32,000 nt of DNA, from the NCBI RefSeq assembly GCF_000009965.1, contig NC_006624.1:1650001-1682000 (forward strand). Direction: 5' to 3'. This document shows positions 26,113 through 32,000 of this stretch, in pieces. The translations under genes and the position numbers were made by a program. This DNA comes from Thermococcus kodakarensis KOD1. Lineage in GTDB: Archaea > Methanobacteriota_B > Thermococci > Thermococcales > Thermococcaceae. Below the pieces are notes generated by a model. The model saw only the letters and a program-made list of their open reading frames with translations, was not told where the DNA came from and ran no database searches. Position 1 is the stretch's first letter. Each line of letters opens with the position of its first letter.

Positions 26113-27264
26113 ATGAAGAAAGCCATCTCGGTGTTTATCGTCCTGCTGCTGGGGCTTTCCCTGGTGGCAAGCGGCTGCATATCTAGTGAAAAGAGCCCTA
26201 GCACAAGCCCGTCCAGCACGGCACGGGCTTCAAGCCAGGGCACTTCCCAGACCAAGGTAATAACCATCCGCACCACAGGTGCAACCTTCCCCCAGTACCA
26301 GATACAGAAGTGGATTGAGATATACATGAAGAGCCACCCCAACGTCAAGATCGAGTACGAAGGTGGAGGAAGCGGACACGGGCAGGAGGCGTTCCTCAAG
26401 GGCCTCACCCACATAGGCAGGACAGATCCACCCGTTAAGGAGTCAACCTGGAAGAAGTTCCTCGCAACTGGCGACCAGCCCCTCCAGTTCCCCGAAATCG
26501 TTGGTGCGGTTGTCGTTGCCTTCAACGTTCCAGGCGTTGACGAGCTGAAGCTCGACGGGGAGACCCTCGCCAAGATATTCATGGGTGAGATAGAGTACTG
26601 GGACGACGATGCCATCAAGGCCTTCAACCCCAGCGCGAACCTCCCGCACGAAAAGATAATAGTCGTCCACAGGAGTGATTCAAGCGGAACTACTGCAATC
26701 TTCACCACCTACCTGAGTCTCGTCAACAAGGAGTGGGCAGATAAGGTTGGAGCGGGAAAGACCGTTGACTGGCCCGTTGACAAGGTTGGAAGGGGCATTG
26801 GTGGAAAGGGCAACCCTGGAGTCGTCCAGGCCCTTAAGAACACCAAGTACAGCATAGCCTACACCGAGCTCTCCTTCGCCATAGAGGAGAACCTCAAGGT
26901 TGTGGCACTCAAAAACAAAGCCGGAAACTTCGTTAAGCCCACTGACGATGCGATAAAAGCCGCCGTCGCCGGTGTTAAAGCTTTCATACCAAGCCCAACC
27001 GAGGGCTACAAGGAGGACCTCAACCAGCTCCTCAACGCCCCGGGAGAGAACTCCTACCCGATAGTTGCCTTCACCCACCTCCTCGTATGGCAGAACAAGG
27101 GTGGAAAGCACTACAGCAAGGAAGAGGTCCAGGCCATCAAGGAGTTCCTTAGGTGGGTCTTAACAGAGGGACAGAAGCCAGAGAACCTTGCCCCCGGCTA
27201 CGTCGGTCTTCCACCAGAGGTCGCCAAGATAGGCCTCCAGGCAGTTGACATGATAGAGGGCTGA
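26113..27264 (+). CDS. pstS: Phosphate ABC transporter substrate-binding lipoprotein PstS
   Basis: Signal plus lipobox-like LSLVASGC. Also TTGATFPQYQIQKW, GGGSGHGQEAF and RSDSSGTTAIFT, which are characteristic PstS phosphate-binding segments. The track start at 26104 is a GTG, so the ATG at 26113 is preferred. Confidence 0.93.
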   Translation: MKKAISVFIVLLLGLSLVASGCISSEKSPSTSPSSTARASSQGTSQTKVITIRTTGATFPQYQIQKWIEIYMKSHPNVKIEYEGGGSGHGQEAFLKGLTHIGRTDPPVKESTWKKFLATGDQPLQFPEIVGAVVVAFNVPGVDELKLDGETLAKIFMGEIEYWDDDAIKAFNPSANLPHEKIIVVHRSDSSGTTAIFTTYLSLVNKEWADKVGAGKTVDWPVDKVGRGIGGKGNPGVVQALKNTKYSIAYTELSFAIEENLKVVALKNKAGNFVKPTDDAIKAAVAGVKAFIPSPTEGYKEDLNQLLNAPGENSYPIVAFTHLLVWQNKGGKHYSKEEVQAIKEFLRWVLTEGQKPENLAPGYVGLPPEVAKIGLQAVDMIEG

Positions 27265-27283
27265 TTTCTTTTCTCTTCCTTTT
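27265..27283 (+). terminator. Pyrimidine/T-rich tract (tttcttttctcttcctttt) immediately after pstS; possible partial terminator
   Basis: Oligo-T runs are the archaeal intrinsic termination signal. The tract sits inside an otherwise tightly packed operon. Confidence 0.35.
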
Positions 27284-27294
27284 GGGTGAGAACG

Positions 27295-28110
27295 ATGAAG
27301 CTCGGTGTCAACTCCTACATCGTCAAGGAAATCAGCGGAAAGGGCTTTTCCTTAGACGAACTTCAAGTGGACTTTGTTGAGCTTGGATTTGACGATTCTG
27401 GCATCATCAAGAACGAAGAGATAAACTGGGAAGCGCTCAAAAACCTTAAGGGCATTGGGGTGGAGTTTACACTTCACGCGCCTACCGCCGATGGAAAGAA
27501 CCTCCCGATAGACCTCGGAGTCTATGGGAAAGAACCGGTAAAGAGAATGGGGAAGGTAATAAGGATTGCCAACCATCTCGGCACAGAGGTCATTGTCGTT
27601 CACGGAGGCGACATCGGGAAGAGTTACACGAAGGCCTACGTGAACACCCTGAGGCACTTAAGGAAGCTTAAACCAATAGCTGAAGACCACGGAGTAAAGC
27701 TCGTTGTTGAAAATCTCTTTGAGGGACGAATCGGGGCACTTCCTCACGAGCTCCTTCCCTTCGTTAGCGAGGGCTTTGAACTGTGCTTTGACATCGGGCA
27801 CGCTTTCCTGACTTCCATGAATTCCGGACTCAAGATGGACGAGTTTAACGTGCTCTTCCCTTATGCGACCCACCTTCACATCCACGACAACAACGGCTCC
27901 AGAGACGAGCACAGGCCGCTTGGCGAGGGTATGATCGGTTTTTCTTACGCAAGTAGAGTTGTTGAGCTTACAAAAGCCGAAAGGGCAGTCCTGGAGATAA
28001 GGAGGTACAGTGGGAAGGGTTCAATCATCTCAAACGTGAGTTTCTTCCGCAACATGCCGGACGAAAACTTCTCCAAGATTGAAAAGGCAGAAGGGGGTAG
28101 TGAGGCTTGA
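27295..28110 (+). CDS. Xylose-isomerase-like TIM-barrel protein (AP_endonuc_2 superfamily; sugar-phosphate isomerase/epimerase or endonuclease-IV-like)
   Basis: Metal-ligand-like blocks appear in order: FTLHAP, VVHGG, VVENL, CFDIGHAF, HLHIHDNNGSRDEHRPLGEGMIGF. The ATG at 27295 follows GGGTGAG. The track start at 27286 is a GTG. Confidence 0.82.
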   Translation: MKLGVNSYIVKEISGKGFSLDELQVDFVELGFDDSGIIKNEEINWEALKNLKGIGVEFTLHAPTADGKNLPIDLGVYGKEPVKRMGKVIRIANHLGTEVIVVHGGDIGKSYTKAYVNTLRHLRKLKPIAEDHGVKLVVENLFEGRIGALPHELLPFVSEGFELCFDIGHAFLTSMNSGLKMDEFNVLFPYATHLHIHDNNGSRDEHRPLGEGMIGFSYASRVVELTKAERAVLEIRRYSGKGSIISNVSFFRNMPDENFSKIEKAEGGSEA

Positions 28111-29027
28111 GGAAAGTTGAGTCTTTTAAGATCGCCACGTATCCTGCCGTTATCATCGTCTTCCTGCTGTTCGCGGGGATGCTCTTCGTTTACTTCACCA
28201 ACGCGCTCCCAGCGCTCCACAGGTACGGCCTCGACCTCTACCTGAAGAACGTCTGGAGAGCGGCTGAAGAGCCAAGCGAAGAGGTCTATGGGATAGCGGC
28301 CGCTATATGGGGAAGCGTCTACACCTCTCTCATAGCCATACTTATAGCCCTGCCACTATCGGTGGCCTACTCGGTCTTCGTCGTTGACTACGCACCGAAG
28401 AGGCTGAAGAACGCCTTTATAATCCTCTCAGATGTAATGGCGGGCCTGCCAACGATAATCTACGGTATATGGGGAGCGTTTTTCCTCGTTCCGTTCCTGA
28501 GGGATTGGATTATGAAGCCCCTTTACGATCACCTCTCCTTCATTCCACTCTTTTCCTATCCGCCGGTTGGTGGCTACAGCTACCTCTCGGCTGGAGTTCT
28601 CCTGGCGATAATGGTCACTCCCTTCGCCTCCGCTATAATAAGAGAAGCCTACAACATGGTGCCCTTCACGTACAGGGAGGCCATCTACTCCCTCGGGGCA
28701 ACAAGATACGAGGCAACCAAACTCCTCCTCGGCTACATAAAGCCGGCGATAGTTTCGGGAACGATCCTCGCCTTCGGAAGGGCCGTAGGCGAGACGGTCG
28801 CCGTTTCCCTCGTTATAGGGAACACGTTCAACCTGACAACGGCCCTCTTCGCACCGGGATACACAGTCTCGTCCCTCATAGCCAACCAGTTCGGCAACGC
28901 CTTCATATACGAATACATGACCTCGACGCTTTTCGCGGCAGGGCTAATCCTCTTCGTAATCGGTCTGGCCGTGAATGTAGTCGGCCTCAAGATGCTCAAG
29001 AGGTGGGAGAGAAATGTCAGCATTTGA
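28107..29027 (+). CDS. pstC: Phosphate ABC transporter permease PstC
   Basis: 306 aa with 6 TM segments and the EAA-loop REAIYSLGATRYEATKLLLGYIKPAIVSG. TTG start overlaps the upstream TGA (TTGA). Confidence 0.9.
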   Translation: MRKVESFKIATYPAVIIVFLLFAGMLFVYFTNALPALHRYGLDLYLKNVWRAAEEPSEEVYGIAAAIWGSVYTSLIAILIALPLSVAYSVFVVDYAPKRLKNAFIILSDVMAGLPTIIYGIWGAFFLVPFLRDWIMKPLYDHLSFIPLFSYPPVGGYSYLSAGVLLAIMVTPFASAIIREAYNMVPFTYREAIYSLGATRYEATKLLLGYIKPAIVSGTILAFGRAVGETVAVSLVIGNTFNLTTALFAPGYTVSSLIANQFGNAFIYEYMTSTLFAAGLILFVIGLAVNVVGLKMLKRWERNVSI

Positions 29028-29844
29028 CCGAAAAACAAAGGAGAAGGCCTTTTTCATAGGAGTCGGCGCACTCACAATCCTGATATTCATACCGCTGTTC
29101 CACATCATAGCTACTGTCCTGATCAAGGGCTTTCCAGTGATAGCTGAGAGGGGCACGAAGTTCCTCACGGGGACGCTCAGCGAGGGAGGAATAGGTCCGG
29201 CCATCGCTGGAACCTTCATCCTCACGTTCCTCTCTGCTCTCCTCGGCCTTCCAGTTGCTTTCCTCGTCGGAGTTTACGCCTACGAGTACCCTAAGAGCAC
29301 CCTCGGTCAGTGGACCAAAACACTGCTCCAGATAATGATAGAGTTCCCGACGATACTGGTCGGGGTCTTCGTGATGCAGGTCGTGGCCGTTCCGATGGGG
29401 ACTTACTCCGCCCTGGCTGGGGCCTTAGCGCTGGCGATAATTCTCACTCCCTATGTAGCCGTTTACACCCACGAGGCCCTCAGAGAGATACCATCAACGT
29501 ACAGGGAGGCGGGCTTTTCCCTCGGGCTCACAAGGGCGAAGGTCGTCTTCAGAATCCTCGCGCCGATGGCGAAGCGCGGCATTTTGACCGGCGTCCTCAT
29601 AGGAATGGCCAAAGTTACCGGAGAAACTGCGCCGCTCCTCTTCACGGCAGGAGGACTTTACGAGAGCTACCCAACTTCAATAACCAAACCCGTCGGTGCC
29701 GTTCCGCTCCTCATCTACCAGCTAGTCCAGAGCCCGAATCCAGCCGACCATGCAACAGCGTGGGGAGCCTCACTGGTTCTTCTCCTCATCTTCCTCGGGA
29801 TATTCATCCCGATACGCCTTAGTCTGAAGGAGGTGAGACTGTGA
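29014..29844 (+). CDS. pstA: Phosphate ABC transporter permease PstA
   Basis: 276 aa with the EAA-loop [33 protein letters not shown] start, 14-nt overlap with pstC. Confidence 0.9.
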   Translation: MSAFDRKTKEKAFFIGVGALTILIFIPLFHIIATVLIKGFPVIAERGTKFLTGTLSEGGIGPAIAGTFILTFLSALLGLPVAFLVGVYAYEYPKSTLGQWTKTLLQIMIEFPTILVGVFVMQVVAVPMGTYSALAGALALAIILTPYVAVYTHEALREIPSTYREAGFSLGLTRAKVVFRILAPMAKRGILTGVLIGMAKVTGETAPLLFTAGGLYESYPTSITKPVGAVPLLIYQLVQSPNPADHATAWGASLVLLLIFLGIFIPIRLSLKEVRL

Positions 29845-30602
29845 ACTTCGCGATAGAGACTGTTAACCTCAACGTTTACTACGGCCAGAACCACGTGATA
29901 AAGGATGTTGACCTCAAAATCCCAAACAAGGGTGTCTTTGCACTCATGGGGCCGAGCGGCTGTGGGAAGAGCACGATGCTGAGGACTTTCAACAGGCTGA
30001 TAGAGCTGAACGAAGATGCCAGAGTTGAGGGTGAGGTAAGGCTCTTCGGAGAGAACATCTATTCGGAGGACGTTGACCCGATAGAGGTCAGGAAGAAGGT
30101 GGGGATGGTGTTCCAGTACCCGAACCCCTTCCCCCACCTGACCATATATGACAACGTTGCCATAGGCCTCAAGCTGAACGGACTCGTCAAGTCAAGGGAA
30201 GAGCTCGACGAAAGGGTTGAATGGGCCCTGAAGAAGGCTGCCCTATGGGACGAGGTTAAGGACAGGCTGAACGATTATCCTGGGAACCTCTCTGGAGGAC
30301 AGAGGCAGAGGCTCGTTATAGCGAGGGCTCTCGCAATGAAGCCGGAAGTCCTTCTGATGGACGAGCCCACAGCCAACATAGACCCTGTCGGAACTGCCAA
30401 GATAGAGGAGCTCCTCCTGGAGCTTAAGGAGGACTACACGATAGTTCTCGTTACCCATTCTCCAGCCCAGGCGGCGAGAGTTGCTGATTACGTTGCCTTC
30501 CTCTACCTCGGTGAGCTGATAGAGGTTGGGCCAGCAAGGAAGGTCTTCGAGAACCCGGAGCATGAATTAACCGAGAAGTACGTTACGGGGGCGCTTGGAT
30601 GA
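29841..30602 (+). CDS. pstB: Phosphate ABC transporter ATP-binding protein PstB
   Basis: Walker [37 protein letters not shown] and VTHSP. The PstB-typical FQYPNPFP is present. GTG start in a GTGA overlap, after GGAGGTGAG. Confidence 0.96.
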   Translation: MNFAIETVNLNVYYGQNHVIKDVDLKIPNKGVFALMGPSGCGKSTMLRTFNRLIELNEDARVEGEVRLFGENIYSEDVDPIEVRKKVGMVFQYPNPFPHLTIYDNVAIGLKLNGLVKSREELDERVEWALKKAALWDEVKDRLNDYPGNLSGGQRQRLVIARALAMKPEVLLMDEPTANIDPVGTAKIEELLLELKEDYTIVLVTHSPAQAARVADYVAFLYLGELIEVGPARKVFENPEHELTEKYVTGALG

Positions 30603-31204
30603 AAAGGAAAGCCCTAGAGAAGGCCCGAAATCTTTTGAGGGCAGAGGGGGATGGAGTCATAAATGGCATGAGAACCCTGACTACCGAGGTCCAAAGAAAC
30701 GAGTACGGAAGAATGGAAGATCTCCTTTGGGAAGTAACCAATACGAGCGAAGAGTTGAATAACGTTTTGATAGAGATCCTTCTTAGGTATCAGCCCTTGG
30801 CAAGCGAACTTCGCTTCGTAAGGTCAGCCTTCAATGCAAACTACGACTTATACAGAATGATGAGACACCTCTCGTGCATTGAGGTTCTGCTTAATCTCCA
30901 TGGATCAGAGGAGCAGAGGGATCTCGTAATGGAGGCAATGGAAATCTTTCTCCCATGGGTCACCAGAGGAGTTGAGGCTCTAGTTTCAAAAAGGGAAATT
31001 CCAGTGGAAGAGCTCCCTTTCATTGAGTTCGAGTTTAACGAACTCTGGGACTCTTATGTTAGGACGGAGACCCCCTACGTTATGGGAACCTTAGTACACC
31101 TGGAGGGTTTCTTCAACCATACGAAGAACCTGCTTCGCTCGGCGGTTTATTATCTCTTAGGCTCCAAAGGGCTTGAAAAGACGCCCATACTATATATCGT
31201 ATGA
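30599..31204 (+). CDS. PhoU-family protein, divergent paralogue
   Basis: 201 aa. It has the PhoU-like repeat [35 protein letters not shown], but the second repeat ([17 protein letters not shown]) lacks the ERIxDH-type acidic residues. ATGA overlap with pstB. Confidence 0.75.
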   Translation: MKRKALEKARNLLRAEGDGVINGMRTLTTEVQRNEYGRMEDLLWEVTNTSEELNNVLIEILLRYQPLASELRFVRSAFNANYDLYRMMRHLSCIEVLLNLHGSEEQRDLVMEAMEIFLPWVTRGVEALVSKREIPVEELPFIEFEFNELWDSYVRTETPYVMGTLVHLEGFFNHTKNLLRSAVYYLLGSKGLEKTPILYIV

Positions 31205-31213
31205 GGTGATACC

Positions 31214-31807
31214 ATGAGAAAGCTCCTTGATATTGGTGAGGAACAGCTCAAAAAGCTGATAAACGAGATGGGAAACGATGCCCTCAACTCCCTGGAGAAC
31301 GCCAGGAAAAGCCTCAAAGGAGAGTTCAACTCAACAGAGGAGATATCGAGCAAGCTCCACCTTCTCAGGAACGAGGTTCTCGATATAGCGACCGAGCTCC
31401 TCGTGAGGTACTCGCCGGTTGCCAGCGACCTGCGCTTCATCCAGAGCTCGATAGATGTCTCCTACGACCTCTACAGGATTTCGCGCTACGCCATGGAGAT
31501 AGAGAGAACTGCGAAGATAGTAGGGGCAGAGGAGAGCGAACTCATCAGGGAGGGCTTTGAGCTAACTGTTGAGGCCGTTAAAACTGCAATAGAAGCCTTT
31601 GAGAACCTCGATGAAGTCTCGGCAGGAAAGCTCCTTGAGATAGATAACAGAATAGACGACCTCTACATCCAGTCGCTGGAGAACCTGAAAAGCTCGGCCT
31701 CTTCTCCGGTTGAGGCCCTCATAATGCGCCACCTGGAGAGGATAAGCGACCACGCGAAGGAAATCGGGGCGCGGGTCGTTTACGTGAAGGAAGGGAAGAG
31801 GGTGTAA
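31214..31807 (+). CDS. phoU: Phosphate-uptake regulator PhoU
   Basis: 197 aa. Contains LVRYSPVASDLRFIQSSIDVSYDLYRISRYAMEIE and the canonical second repeat IMRHLERISDHAKEIG. AGGTGAT Shine-Dalgarno. Confidence 0.88.
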   Translation: MRKLLDIGEEQLKKLINEMGNDALNSLENARKSLKGEFNSTEEISSKLHLLRNEVLDIATELLVRYSPVASDLRFIQSSIDVSYDLYRISRYAMEIERTAKIVGAEESELIREGFELTVEAVKTAIEAFENLDEVSAGKLLEIDNRIDDLYIQSLENLKSSASSPVEALIMRHLERISDHAKEIGARVVYVKEGKRV

Positions 31808-31856
31808 AGCCAGTTTGCAAAGGGAAGATCTTCCACGCAATTTGGTAATTTTCCGT

Positions 31857-31870
31857 AAACTTTTTTAAGT
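31857..31870 (+). promoter_or_regulatory. BRE/TATA-like element (aaacttttttaagt) for the gene starting at 31902
   Basis: Lies about 35-40 nt upstream of the ATG at 31902. GGGGGTGG Shine-Dalgarno at 31891-31898. Confidence 0.45.
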
Positions 31871-31901
31871 TGTATTTCACATATTTTCTGGGGGGTGGCT
31901 T

Positions 31902-32000
31902 ATGGGGAAGGCCAGCACTGTGATTTTAACCCTGATCCTCATCCTTGCAGTAGGCCTCGGCATTAACTACGCGGTCAACCACTATGGGAGCTTCAACTAC
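31902..32000 (+). CDS. N-terminal 33 codons of a membrane/secreted protein (runs off the right edge)
   Basis: Hand translation gives MGKASTVILTLILILAVGLGINYAVNHYGSFNY. There is a hydrophobic segment after a short charged N-terminus, and both a Shine-Dalgarno and a TATA lie upstream. Confidence 0.5.
   Translation, partial: MGKASTVILTLILILAVGLGINYAVNHYGSFNY

Noticed and set aside
28469-29822. Arg/Gly/Pro-rich alternative-frame ORFs inside pstC and pstA (196 aa and 170 aa)
   Set aside because: These are same-strand shifted frames of clearly identified permease genes. Their low-complexity basic sequence is typical of off-frame translation.
31823-31834. Perfect 12-nt palindrome GGAAGATCTTCC just after phoU
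   Set aside because: It has no loop, so it is a poor hairpin terminator, and it is not followed by a convincing oligo-T run. As a single occurrence it cannot be told apart from chance or a restriction-site-like palindrome.

Overview
The window looks like a compact chromosomal segment from a hyperthermophilic euryarchaeon of the Thermococcales (Thermococcus/Pyrococcus-like). This is inferred from three things: GGTGA/GGAGG Shine-Dalgarno sites, A/T-rich TATA boxes about 25-35 nt before starts, and the protein content (M32 carboxypeptidase, short FKBP, KlbA-type Ala1 intein). By my coordinates only about 1.2 kb of the 32 kb is intergenic.

Gene order, left to right:
- 5' part of a secreted beta-propeller-repeat protein (minus strand, runs off the left edge).
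- M32 carboxypeptidase.
- An AT-rich IS607-family element (serine recombinase TnpA plus TnpB).
- PfkB-family kinase.
- A five-gene minus-strand MoxR AAA+/DUF58/DUF4129 membrane operon.
- A small conserved protein and an FKBP PPIase.
- A five-gene minus-strand type-IV-filament (Tad/Epd-like) assembly operon. Its ATPase carries a 523-aa Ala1 intein with a LAGLIDADG endonuclease.
- A TIGR04076-like protein and a circularly permuted GTPase.
- A MacB/FtsX-type ABC pair.
- An orphan OppB/OppC-type permease pair, translationally coupled to a 76-aa PqqD/RRE-like protein.
- A THUMP RNA methyltransferase.
- A pstS-(TIM barrel)-pstC-pstA-pstB-phoU-phoU phosphate-uptake operon.
- The first 33 codons of a membrane protein.

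I found no rRNA, tRNA or CRISPR array.

The best candidates for uncharacterised biology are:
- the pilin-less Tad/Epd-like operon with two unassignable accessory proteins and the class-2 intein;
- the RRE-like protein plus orphan peptide-type permeases;
- the MoxR/DUF58/DUF4129 operon;
- the TnpB element;
- the TIM-barrel gene embedded in the pst operon.

All family assignments come from motif reading by eye. No database search was run.
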